A stretch of 64,000 nt of DNA from Octopus vulgaris (lineage: Eukaryota): assembly GCA_951406725.2 (NCBI GenBank), contig OX597822.1:110298001-110362000 (forward strand), read 5' to 3'. Every line of letters begins with the position of its first letter. Positions within the stretch are counted from its first letter, which is position 1. Below, in pieces: positions 1 through 11,731 of the stretch. Made by a program: the position numbers and the translations under genes. The notes beneath the pieces are model-generated. The model worked only from the letters and a program-made list of their open reading frames with translations, did no database searches and was not told the origin of the DNA.

Positions 1-4
1 ATCT

Positions 5-136
5 ATGTATGTATGTATGTATGTATGCATGCATGTATGTATGTATGTATGTATGTATGTATGTATGTATTCATGTATGTATGCATGCATGCATGTATGT
101 ATGTATGTATGTATGTATGTATGTATGTATGTATGT
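5..136. repeat. (TATG)n microsatellite
   Basis: Direct tetranucleotide repeat; explains the MYVC ORFs. Confidence 0.95.
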
Positions 137-807
137 GCAGATTTGTATGTTTTGCTTTATGCATGTATTCTCATGCATATAGTTGCATATCTAGACATGC
201 TTATATATATTTAAAAGATAAACTTCTAGAAAGTTCCAGTGATTGCTTAGATATGTAGTCTTCGAATTAGCTTTTTCCTTCCTGGTTTTGAGAAGCGTAA
301 TTTCTCAAAATCGGTGTGTGTGTGTGTGTATGTATGTATACATACACGTACCTCCCCCACGCAAACATACACACACATGCACACATAAATTATCTCAGTG
401 AAATGACTCAAGTGTAGACCTGTCATGAATTAGACAAATGAGGTAGGTGGTAATTTACAAAATGATGCAGGCAAAGAATTTCTGAAAAAATGAGAAATTT
501 GTCTCTTTTAGTTGGAGAATGAATCAGAAATCTTGCAGCAATTGGTAAAGAGTCTCAAAGATAAGTGAAGATATTTTAGTTGGTCTATTCTTTACTGGGA
601 TATTTTACGTGACCCATGACCAAAAAGAAACTTCCAAACATGCCGTCTACTGAAATTTGGCTTTTACTGTTATGTCTTTTCATGTACCTTTGATGCAAAT
701 GCCTTATTATTATTATCTTCAGTTTTGATAATTTATTAATACAGAAATCAATGTTTTCGAGAGTACTTGAATCACCATAAGCATTTTCACGAACATATAT
801 ACACATA

Positions 808-1160
808 GGTGTAGGAGGGGATGTGTGGTAAGCAGCTTGCTTACCAACCACATGGTTCCGGGTTCAGTCCCACTGCGCGGCACCTTGGGCGAGTATCTTC
901 TACTTTAGCCTCCGGCCGAATAAAGCCTTGTGAGTGGATTTGTTAGACGGAAACTGAAAGAAGCCTGTCCTATATATGTATATATGGTGTGTTTACGTCC
1001 CCGTAACTTAGCAAAAAGTTCGGCAAAAAGAGACCGATAGAATAAGTACTAGGCTTACAGAGAATAAGTCCTGGGGTCGATTTGCTTGACTAAAGGCGGT
1101 GCTCCAGCATGGCCACGATCAAATGATTGAAACAAATAAAAGAGTAAAAGAGTGAAAGAA
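808..1160 (+). mobile_element. tRNA-derived SINE, family A (internal (TA)/(TG) tract, (AAAGAGT)n tail)
   Basis: tRNA-like head GTGTGGTAAG...GGTTCAGTCCC; closely similar copies at 17045-17433 and 25610-26038 (minus). Confidence 0.85.
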
Positions 1161-1649
1161 TATATACACTTAGAGGAATACGTTCATTAAAAAAATGCAC
1201 AAAGGAGAAAATATTTACCTCCAAAATTTCCTAAATTTATGCTCTTGGATTTCAGGAATTATTTCTGTTAATTCACTTTTATAAATATCCAAACAACTGT
1301 ACCATATAATTGTTCGTAATCTCTTTTATCCATGGCCACCACCAACGTGAAATATTTCAATTTATATCACCGATTCAATGAAATATTATCCCCTTAGTTT
1401 ACTGCTCAGGATTATGCAAATTACTGTTATACAATCTTATCTATCAATTTTATTGATGTTTTCAAACCAAGCTGTGTCCCAAGGGAGTGAAATGGGGGTT
1501 ACGAACAATTATGCCAGTACGAAACGTGTAACCTTTCGCACTAAGATCCTTCAATAAAGTAATAAGGTAATCCTAAAATGGCCTGCAGAACGATTTAAAC
1601 AAATTAAGAAACATGCATTTGATAATGTAAAATAGGGTACTTCATGTTT

Positions 1650-1884
1650 GAGAGAGATAGAGAGAGAGAAAGAGAGAGAGATAGAGAGAGAAAAAGAGAG
1701 AGAGGGGGAGAGAAAGAGGGAGAGAGAGAACGAGAAAGAGAGGGAGGGAGAGGGAGGGAGAGGGATAGAGAGGGAGGGAGAGGGAGAACGAGAGAAAGAG
1801 GGAGAGAGGGAGGGAGAGGGAGAGAGGGAGGGAGAGGGAGGGAGAGGGAGAGAGAGGGAGGGAAAGGGAGGGAGAGAGAGAGAA
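1650..1884. repeat. Polypurine (GA/GGA) low-complexity tract
   Basis: About 230 bp almost purely A/G. Confidence 0.9.
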
Positions 1885-2772
1885 TAGTCGTAGGTGGAAA
1901 ATGATTTTGATCATACTTTTGTTCGATGAGGGGTGGTGGCCAGGGAGTGGACTATAATAAAACAGAAACAACATTAAAAAAAAAAAACCCATCAATAACA
2001 ACATTAATACAATGCTAATAAATAGAAAGATAATTACTGATATATGTTGAAATATGGTAAACAATGACGAATTGTAAATGAAAAAAAAAAAAATTCTTCG
2101 AAAATTAAACTCGTGTTCTGTGAGGATTGATAAATTCTTATGTTTTCGAGAGAAGAATTCTCTTCTGAAAAAGCGAAAGGAAAAGAAAAAAATAACAAAA
2201 ACAAAAGAAAAAAAAAAAAAAAGGAAAAGTAAAAACAGCCAACAGCCAAACCTGAAAACATGTCTTTTATTGGTATTTGACATTTGCTGTAGACATGTTG
2301 TTGTTTTTATGTCTCTTTGATGTAAGCTCCACGTTATCATTCTTTTTCGGTTTCAAGTATTTGTAATAATATATCGAATTCAAACTGTTGTTGAATATAT
2401 ATATGCCACCGCACACATGTCCATAAACACACACACACACACGCTCACATACACACACATACACATGTTTAATCAGAGCAATACATATACATGAATACAT
2501 ATACAGGAACAAATATACATGCATATAATCATGTACTGTATACGTATATCAAAGTAGAAGGCAAGACATCCCACACCGCGCACATGCACATACATACATA
2601 CATACATACAACCATTCATCCATCCATTCCTCCATCCATTCATTCATCCATCCATCCATACATACATACATACATACATACATACATAGGGAGATTTTAC
2701 GAAAAAAACAAAAGACGAAGAGAGGTGGTGTACAGAACAAACATGTATTAGCATAACGCTCAGGAATAGAAA

Positions 2773-2814
2773 GTCTTTTACGTTTCGAGCCTACGCTCTT
2801 CTACAGAAAGGGAC
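2773..2814 (-). ncRNA. Minimal type I hammerhead-like motif, variant core CUGUAGA
   Basis: Minus strand: CUUU-CUGUAGA-A-GAGC GUAG GCUC-GAAA-CGU-A-AAAG. Stem I CUUU/AAAG, stem II GAGC/GCUC, palindromic ACGU in place of stem III. Confidence 0.55.
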
Positions 2815-2970
2815 ATAGAAAAAACAAGGAAAAAAACAAGTAATCCATCCATCCATCCATCCATACCTATATACATACATACATAGGGAGATTTTACGAA
2901 AAAACAAAAGACGAAGACAGGTGGTGTACAGAACAAACATGTATTAGCATAACGCTCAGGAATACAAAAA

Positions 2971-3012
2971 GTCTTTTACGTTTCGAGCCTACGCTCTTCT
3001 ACAGAAAGGGAC
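2971..3012 (-). ncRNA. Second copy of the minimal hammerhead-like motif
   Basis: Same motif as 2773-2814. Confidence 0.55.
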
Positions 3013-3055
3013 ACAGAAAGAAACAAGGAGAGAAACAAGACATACATACATACAT

Positions 3056-3439
3056 GGAAGCACTCCGTCGGTTACGACGAGGAGGGTTCCGGTTGATCCG
3101 AATCAACGGAACAGCCTGCTCGTGAGATTAACGTGTAAGTGGCTGAGCACTCCACAGACACGTGTACCCTTAACGTAGTTCTCGGGGATATTCAGCGTGA
3201 CACAGAGAGTGACAAGGCCGGCCCTTTGACATACAGGTACAACAGAAACAGGAAGTAAGAGTGAGAGAAAGTTGTGGTGAAAGAGTACAGCAGGGATCAC
3301 CACCATCCCCTGCCGTAGCATCGTGGAGATTTTAGGTGTTTTCGCTCAATAAACACTCACAACGCCCGGTCTGGGAATCGAAACCGTGATTCTATGACCG
3401 CGTGTCCGCTGCCCTAACCACTGGGCCATTGCGCCTCCA
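3056..3439 (-). mobile_element. tRNA-derived SINE, family B
   Basis: Head TGGAGGCGCAATGGCCCAGTGGTTAGG...GGTTTCGATTCC with A/B boxes; copies at 51685 and 53591; sits in (TACA)n. Confidence 0.9.
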
Positions 3440-3493
3440 CTACATACATACATACAAACAGACATCATTACATACATATCTATCTTCCACTAC

Positions 3494-3539
<46 letters not shown>

Positions 3540-3659
3540 TTACCGAAAATATATTGAGACGTAAATAAAAGCGTGATTAGATTTAACACTATTTAACTAT
3601 CAACGTTAGCATACGATATTAGAAATTTCCATTGGCATCTCACACAGTGACGATGATAA

Positions 3660-4338
3660 TGGTTTTAGATTTTGGTACCATACCAGTCATTTTAGGGCTG
3701 GGAGGTGAATCGATTACATCAACCCCAGTTCTTAACTGGTATTTATTTTATCGAACCCGTAAAAATGAAAGGCAAATAAGATCACGGCAGGATTTGATCC
3801 AAGAAGATAAAGATTTGAGAGAAATACCGCAAATAATTTTTCAGACGCTCTAACGGTTCTGCCAGCTCACTGACTTAATTGTTTCTTATAGGCACAAGGC
3901 CAGCAATTTTGAGAGGGATGGTGTTAGTCGATTACATCGATTTCAGGACTTCCCTGGTATTTTACTTTATCGACTCTGGAGGAATCAAAGACAAAATTGA
4001 AATTAGCAGGAATTGAGTTCAGCACGTAAAAAAGCCAGTGGAAATACTACGTGGCATTTTTCTGCGACACCCTAACGATTCTTCCATCTTTCCACCTTAG
4101 ATAATAAAAACAGAAGTCTCTACAATATTCAGGAGGTTGAATGAAATTAGAGAGTACATGTAGTTAACATTATTTCTAAATTTCGACACAGGGCCAGCAG
4201 TTTTGAAGGGGAATATTAAGTCGATTAAATCGACTGTACTACTTAACTGGTAATTATTTTACCGACCTCGAAATGATGAAAGACAAATTCGACATCGGGA
4301 GAATTCGAATTCGAAACATTAAGCTAGAAGAAATACCC
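3660..4338 (-). mobile_element. Three decayed copies of SINE family C
   Basis: Recurrent motif CTGGTA..TTTATCGAC..GAAA..ATGAAAG..CAAA shared with intact family C copies. Confidence 0.65.
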
Positions 4339-5859
4339 ATTTCTTTACTACCCACAAGAAGCTAAACACAGAGAGGACAAACAAGGACAGATAAACGGAT
4401 TAAGTCGATTATATCGACCCCAGTGTGTAACTGGTACTTCATTTATCGACCTCGAAAGAATGAGAGGCAAAGTCAACCTCGGCGGAATTTGAACTCAGAA
4501 CGTAGCGGCAGACGTAATACCTATTTCTTTATTACCTACAAGGGGTTAAACACAGAGAGGACAAACAAGGACAGATAAACGGTTTAAGTCGATTATATCG
4601 ACTCCAGTGTGTTACTGGTACTTCATTTATCGACCTCGAAAGAATGAGAGGCAAAGTCAACCTCGGCGGAATTTGAACTCAGAACGTAGCGGCAGACGTA
4701 ATACCTATTTCTTTACTACCCACAAGGGGTTAAACACAGAGAGGACAAACAAGGACAGATAAATGGATTAAGTCGATTATATCGACCCCAGTGTGTAACT
4801 GGTACTTAATTTATCGACCTCGAAAGAATGAGAGGCAAAGTCAACCTCGGCGGAATTTGAACTCAGAACGTAGCGACAGACGTAATACCTATTTCTTTAC
4901 TACCTACAAGGGGTTAAACACAGAGAGGACAAACAAGGACAGATAAACGGATTAAGTCAATTATATCGACCCCTGTGTGTAACTGGTACTTAATGTATCG
5001 ACCTCGAAAGAATGAGAGGCAAAGTCAACCTCGGCGGAATTTGAACTCAGAACGTAGCGGCAGACGTAATACCTATTTCTTTACTACCCACAAGGGGTTA
5101 AACACAGAGAGGACAAACAAGGACAGATAAATGGATTAAGTCGATTATATCGACCCCAGTGTGTAACTGGTACTTAATTTATCGACCTCGAAAGAATGAG
5201 AGGCAAAGTCAACCTCGGCGGAATTTGAACTCACAACGTAGCGGCAGACGTAATACCTATTTCTTTACTACCCACAAGGGGTTAAACACAGAGAGGACAA
5301 ACAAGGACAGATAAATGGATTAAGTCGATTATATCGACCCCAGTGTGTAACTGGTACTTAATTTATCGACCTCGAAAGAATGAGAGGCAAAGTCAACCTC
5401 GGCGGAATTTGAACTCACAACGTAGCGGCAGACGTAATACCTATTTCTTTACTACCCACAAGGGGTTAAACACAGAGAGGACAAACAAGGACAGATAAAT
5501 GGATTAAGTCGATTATATCGACCCCAGTGTGTAACTGGTACTTAATTTATCGACCTCGAAAGAATGAGAGGCAAAGTCAACCTCGGCGGAATTTGAACTC
5601 ACAACGTAGCGGCAGACGTAATACCTATTTCTTTACTACCTACAAGGAGTTGAACACAGAGAGGACAAACAAGGACAGACAAACGGTTTAAGTCGATTAT
5701 ATCGACCCCAGTGCGTAACTGGTACTTATTTAATCGACCCCGAAAGGATGAAAGGCAAAGTCAACCTCGGCGGAATTTGAACTCAGAACGTAGCGTCAAG
5801 TGAAATACCGCTGAGCATTTCGCCCGGCGTGCTAGCGAGTCTACCACCTCGCCACCTTA
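4339..5859 (-). repeat. Tandem array of 8 x 184-bp SINE family C units capped by one tRNA-like head
   Basis: Unit starts at 4339, 4523, 4707, 4891, 5075, 5259, 5443, 5627; only the last continues into the head (minus AAGGTGGCGAGGTGGTAGA). Central domain resembles the Meta/MESC SINE domain. Confidence 0.92.
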
Positions 5860-5974
5860 CGTTAAACATTTTGTCCAGCTCGCCACCTTACGTGTAGCTA
5901 ATACTGGTTTCAAAATTTAGCACAAAGCCAAAAATTTTGGGGGAGCGGTTGCGTCGATTGCGTCGGCCTCATTG

Positions 5975-6700
5975 ATCAACTGGTACTAATTTGATCGACC
6001 CCGAAAGGATCAAAGGCAAAACCGACCTCGGTGGGATATGAACTCAGAAAGTAAAAACGGAATAAATGCCGCTAAGTATTTTGTCCAATTCCCTAACGAT
6101 ATTACTGCTCGCTGCCTTGAAATATGAAATAATATAATATCATAACACTATAAATAATGTGGAAAAATAGAGAAAATGGAACGCTCTCAAGTCTATAAGG
6201 CAAAAAACTAATGAATCAGAGTGGAATACTGAGTCAGAAGGATAACGGGACATTGAAAGAGCATTATGAATATTTTTCAGAAAATGAAGTCAACAATGCA
6301 TTACCGTAAACTAAAATGTTTATTATTATAAAGCAAGATTCCCAAATGAAATGCGACAAACAGAAACCTATAAATTTGCCATCCAATAACAGACTCTCAG
6401 AAGAGAAGAACAATATTTCTAACAAAGGAAGATATGCGCACCATACGGTAATAGTACAATATGAAGGCAAGATAAAAATGTTAACCATCATCAGAGAAAT
6501 AAATTCAGAATAAAAAAATAAATAAATGATATACTCTCAAAGTATAAAACTCCAGGGGAAAAAGATAATGACAAACACCTGAATGCTAAGGAATCGCAAA
6601 ACATCAGTGTAAAGTACACATACCATCCTACAACTAATACGGTAATAAAATAGAAGAAAAAAAAAAAGATGCTCAACTTAGACAAAGCAGGAATAGAATC
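5975..6700. repeat. Segmental duplication copy 1 (paralogue at about 27063-28150)
   Basis: Colinear similarity, including identical ATTTCTAACAAAGGAAGATATGCGCACCATACGGTAATAGTACAATATGAAGGCAAGA. Confidence 0.9.
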
Positions 6701-7639
6701 AGGTAACAACAGGAAATATGCCGTGGAAAAAAGTAATAACAACCTTTACAATTATAGGTCGCGAAACTTTTGGAGAGTGGTCTCATCGATTAAATCAAAC
6801 CTGATACTCAAATGTACCTGTTTCAATGGAGCCGAAACACTAGGTCTACTTCGGCGAAATTTGAACACGGAACGTAAAGACGGACGAAATGTCGCCTGGA
6901 ATTCTGCCACCTCGCTACCTTACATGTATTTAATATCGGAAATTTATAACTTGGTATGAAAATTTAAGAGAGGGAAGTAATTCGCAATTCAGTAGAAGAA
7001 TTATTTGCCTGGAATTTACTGTTGCTGAAATATTTCGATTTGAACTGAGGAATTTAATTGTGTTTTATTACAAGTGTTGGATCACAGGTAAAGTTGTTTT
7101 TTTTTTTTAATTTGAAAGCCAGCCCTGAATTATATCCACAATTAAGATAGTTATGCTTGTGTTAATATATTTAATGCAGGGTCATTAAAGAAAAGTGAGA
7201 AACATTAATGAGATTTTATTTATTTCGACAATTACGAAACAAATTTTAGCTTGCTTCTGTTTTATTATGACTTCAACAGCGAAACACAGACTGCATCGCG
7301 ATTGCTGTAGTATGGATGAAATCACTAATAATACATATATATATATATTTCCTGATATAGAAAAACAGGATCCTCCAGAGAATGAATAAATCAGAGACGC
7401 AATCGGCAAAAGAAAAAAAATAATAATAAATGAATTAAAAAATTGTTTTAATGCAGGCAGCATCACAACTCGAATGTATTATGCGTTGAAATTAGTCATA
7501 GACTAATTTTATTTGAAGACCAAAACATATCCAGAGTTAGCCACTGATTAGTATTATTTACACTAAGGATTTATAGACAAGCTTCTAATGCTCTCTACAT
7601 TACGTGTTATCATGCAACTGGAGTCTCAGAATAATGTAT

Positions 7640-8040
7640 TCTATGAACATAATAAAGATATATAGCACATTTTATCTGTAAATAGTTACTGCGTGTGACC
7701 AAATTTATCAATGCGTACTCTGTAGAGTCCAAGCATGTTTGTCTAGCCTGCAATGTTGAACCCTGAATCGTGGAAATATAACCTCTGTATCTAAAATAAT
7801 TTTTACACGACATGTTAGTCCAGAATAGTTATGAAGATGCTTGTGTATGTCTTAGATAAATCACACTTCCAGAGAAAGCCGGAATCCTTCTGTTTTTAAT
7901 TAAACTTGATGTCTCTGTCAGAGGACTAAAATGATGAAAGGCATTTATTTTCTCTGGGAGTCGAAGTTGCAGATTATTGTCTGTGTTAGAGCTCTCGTCA
8001 TGGGTAATAATATCTGCCCGAAAGAAAGAAATACAAAATG
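7640..8040 (-). pseudogene. Highly decayed RT remnant, possibly DIRS/Ngaro-like
   Basis: Manual translation gives GFLWKCDLSKTY and FRYRGYI, resembling the K.DL..AY and following motifs of tyrosine-recombinase retroelement RTs; many stops and frameshifts. Confidence 0.3.
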
Positions 8041-9120
8041 AAGTTTGATGAGAATTATAGTCGGAACGTTGAAGCCCCTAATTATATACCCTTAGCCCAA
8101 GGTTCTGGTACAGTTCTCAGTAACTCACCGAGATTTAATTTTCCCTGAAACATCTGTGCAGAATTTTATCCAATTGCTCCTGTTCTTAAAATCTTCAGGT
8201 TTCACGTTGATGCTCCCTTGTTCTGTATTCAACACTATCGTGTTTTTACAAAGATGTCATTTGTAAATCGTTAAGTAACAACATCTGTTGAAACCATTCT
8301 TCTGCAGAATTAAGAATAACGTTTGTTCATGCTAGAGGAACCTGGATATCGCTATGCTGCTCTTTTACACATATTACAACAGAATATTCTGAGCCGACGT
8401 AAATCAGCATTCGGATTTCCACTAATGTTTTGGTAAAATTGTACGTTACAGAACATAGCTTCTCTCTCTTAACAAATTAAAGACACATAGCATAGTCTGA
8501 AGATACAATTCACTTTTATTGATTAAGAAGTGTCACAACTTGTGAAGTCGTTAGGGTGTCGTATCTAGCAACAGAAGAAGCAACAGTTTATTTCTCGTCA
8601 TTGGCACTAAAGAATGTATTTGGCAAAACAAGTAGACTTTCAGTGGCTCAGTTTCCTAGATACCATCGGAAATAATTTCTATTATCATATTAGGGAGATG
8701 TTAGCATTTCTCATTAGTAAATGGTTTCCTGTCCTAAACATATATTTTGCTACTTCACAGCTTACTGGATATGGAAAGAATACATAAGCTTAAGTTAGAA
8801 ATACATTTAGTTATCAATAAGGAAATTATATTACTTGGACTGGAGTATCATTTTGTTGAATCGGTATTCCGTATGCATAGAGCGTGCTAAAATTACATGA
8901 TAAAAAGCGCTAAGTTCTTTGCCCGTTTAGTGTCATCAGAAACTGTCGAAGTAAAACACTTTAATCTAATAAGATTGACATGTTAAATGTATAATTTTAT
9001 GGCAATGTAACTGCAGCGAATCAGTTAGGAATGTAAACATAACTAAATAAGCTAATATAAGGTATTCGATTCACAGTTTTTATATTGTAATATTTACATA
9101 AAACACTAAAACATCGGTAC

Positions 9121-9147
9121 ATTATTATTATTATTATTATTATTATT

Positions 9148-9224
<77 letters not shown>

Positions 9225-9228
9225 TATT

Positions 9229-9278
<50 letters not shown>

Positions 9279-9344
9279 TATTATTATTATTATTATTGTT
9301 GTTGTTGTTGTTGTTATTATTATTATCATCTTCATCATCATCAT
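9121..9344. repeat. Compound (ATT)n/(ATC)n/(GTT)n microsatellite
   Basis: Direct; abuts the 3' end of the LINE. Confidence 0.95.
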
Positions 9345-10218
9345 TCAGTAGTTTTATTTTTATAGCGTGCTTTCACTTCGCTACCGAGCGCAGCTCTGTG
9401 TGCCTTGGGTATGTGCTGTGATTTGTTGTGATGCTCTGATGGTTATTGTATGGAATGTGTTCTGCGTAGGATGTTACATGTGTTTGTAAGTCCTGGTGTT
9501 TTTGTTATGTATTTGTCTGAATATTTTTTTATCATGCCTGATGCACCTACTATGATAGGAATTGTTTCTGCTTTTAGATTCCACGTTTTGGTTACCTCTA
9601 TTTCCAGGTCTTTGTATTTTGAATGTTTCTCCATTTCTTTTAGAGACACGTTGTATCCTACTGGTATTGATACATCAATAAGAAAGCATTTTTTTTCGTC
9701 ATGATCTCTGACAACTATATCTGTGTGCATTGGCATATCCCAGAGTATGGTTGCTTTCTTGTTTTCTGTGACCTTTTCTGGTGTGTGCCTATACCACTTT
9801 CTTTCTGTTGTTATTCCATAATGTTGGCATAGCTTCCAGTGTATGTAGGTCCCAACTCTGTCGCGTCTGTGAATATATTCCTTCTTAGCCAGGACTGGGC
9901 AGCCAGAAATAATATGATTTATTGTTTCTTGTCCATCTCCACATATTCTGAGTTACTTGTTATGCTTCTTTTCATTATATGTTTTTGGTAATTTCTGGTG
10001 GGGAGGCTTTGGTCTTTTGCTGCAATTAAAAATCCCTCTGTCTCTGCTTTGATTCCTGAGCTTCTCAACCATTGCTGGGATTTTTCTTTGTCTATTTCTT
10101 TTGCATTTAGTTTAGTCCAGCATTTGCCATGAAGGGGCTTTTCTTGCCATCGTTTTATCATGGTCCGTTGCTGTTCTAGTTTTAGTTTGGATTTCATTTC
10201 TTTTATAGCCTTTGTTCT
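9342..10218 (-). mobile_element. 5'-truncated R4/Dong-like RLE LINE (zinc-knuckle region, REL endonuclease, 3'UTR), disrupted
   Basis: WQEKPLHGK, AETEGFLIAAKDQSLPTRNY, DIVVRD...CFLIDVSIP...KYKDLEIE motifs. Confidence 0.9.
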
Positions 10219-10283
10219 TTCTTCTTCTTCTTCTTCTTCTTCTTCTTCTTCTTCTTCTTCTTCTTCTTCTTCTTCTTCTTCTT
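10215..10283. repeat. (TTC)n microsatellite at the LINE 5' truncation
   Basis: Direct; produces the false poly-E and poly-R ORFs. Confidence 0.95.
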
Positions 10284-11149
10284 GAATGAGAGAGAGGGCA
10301 GCGCATGTCATTGTAGCAAGTAGCCATTTTAAAATAACGAGCCAATTTGCGGTAGCTGGCACTATGACGTCATGTCGTATTGCCGAAGAAATATTATTAT
10401 CGTTTTTCCATTGGTTAATATAACTGCTTATATAGAGATTATAAAAGTTACTTAAATAATATATGTATGTGATTTCGATTCTTTTAAGTCAAGTTGAGCA
10501 GTTATAAAAACCCTGGATTTTTGGAAAAAATTTAGTGTTTGTGGGATGTAACTAAACTCCACGACACTCACTCCTTTGAGGCATTGGTGATTTTCATACC
10601 ATGTCCAAGGAAAATCCAACAAGTCTATTTTGAATTTTTGTGATTTATTTAATAGCTAGATTTATGAATTAGCTAGTGAAATATACAGTCGTACATCTAC
10701 ACGACGAAAACTATCTTTTCTTTCACATGTACATAATATAAAATGTTATCTTTATATAATAAAACTAATTAATGTTTTCTCTTCACGTTCTTCAACTGTG
10801 TATAAATATGCATTTCTGTAATTATTAAATGGTATTTTCTTACAGCGGTATAAAATGAACACGAAGATAATATTATACATACATGAAGCTAATATTCGTT
10901 AGCGTTCCATAAAGTATATTTCTCTATGTCGCTATAAACTGTTGTTCGAATTTACGTATAATGATAACACTTAAGTTATAAGTGACGTTTTAATCATTAT
11001 ATACACCCTTACTTAAAAATCCAAATAAAATAATCTATTTCCAAATAGGAAACACAATAAATAGCATTGCATAACGTAAACAAAACTAATTAGAGAATAT
11101 ACGATATAATATAACCTAAGATAAAGCTCATGGTAGACTAAAACCGCTA

Positions 11150-11237
11150 TACTATCAAAGTGGCACTCGGGTAAAATATACGAAGCCCAGTATACACATC
11201 ATGACTACTCGTCTGATAAGGGTACACTAGGCACATG

Positions 11238-11238
<1 letters not shown>
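11150..11238 (-). mobile_element. Fragment of non-coding (TAA)n-associated element, family D
   Basis: Matches 14391-14580, 17894-18421, 29930-30280 and 61740-61925. Confidence 0.8.
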
Positions 11239-11300
<62 letters not shown>

Positions 11301-11356
11301 CATTATTATTATTATTATTATCATTATTATTATTATTATTATTATTATAATTATTA

Positions 11357-11391
<35 letters not shown>

Positions 11392-11398
11392 ATTATTA

Positions 11399-11433
<35 letters not shown>

Positions 11434-11442
11434 ATTATTATA

Positions 11443-11495
<53 letters not shown>

Positions 11496-11496
11496 C
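11239..11496. repeat. (ATT)n array with ATC/ATA interruptions
   Basis: Direct. Confidence 0.95.
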
Positions 11497-11731
11497 ATTC
11501 TATGTTTGACTTTTGCTTTATATTTGTACAAGTTGGCTCCAAGTCTCACCCAGAGACCTCAAGAGACAACAGGGTTGGAAGTTCATGTTGTTGTTATGCC
11601 TAGTGTGCCATATATTTGGGGGGTGGGGATGTTGTACTAATGAATGTCTAAAAAAAAAAAAAAAAAAAAAAAGGTTTTTTTTTTTTTTTTTTTTTTTAAA
11701 CCGAAAATTATGTTTGTTTTAAACCTTGAGA

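Larger units (their letters stand above)
2686..3040 (-). mobile_element. Tandem dimer (198-bp spacing) of a short PLE/retrozyme-like repeat, each unit with a hammerhead-like motif
   Basis: Two near-identical units separated by (CCAT)/(TACA) repeats; relatives at 34200-34511 and 15640-15805. Confidence 0.7.

Noticed and set aside
1642-2340. 232-aa hydrophobic ORF
   Set aside because: Product of poly-A runs and the GA tract.
4339-5859. CRISPR-like regular array
   Set aside because: Whole units repeat with no unique spacers; SINE-derived.
6480-6500. Minus-strand CTGATGA in the duplicated segment
   Set aside because: No stem II or GAAA at the required distance.
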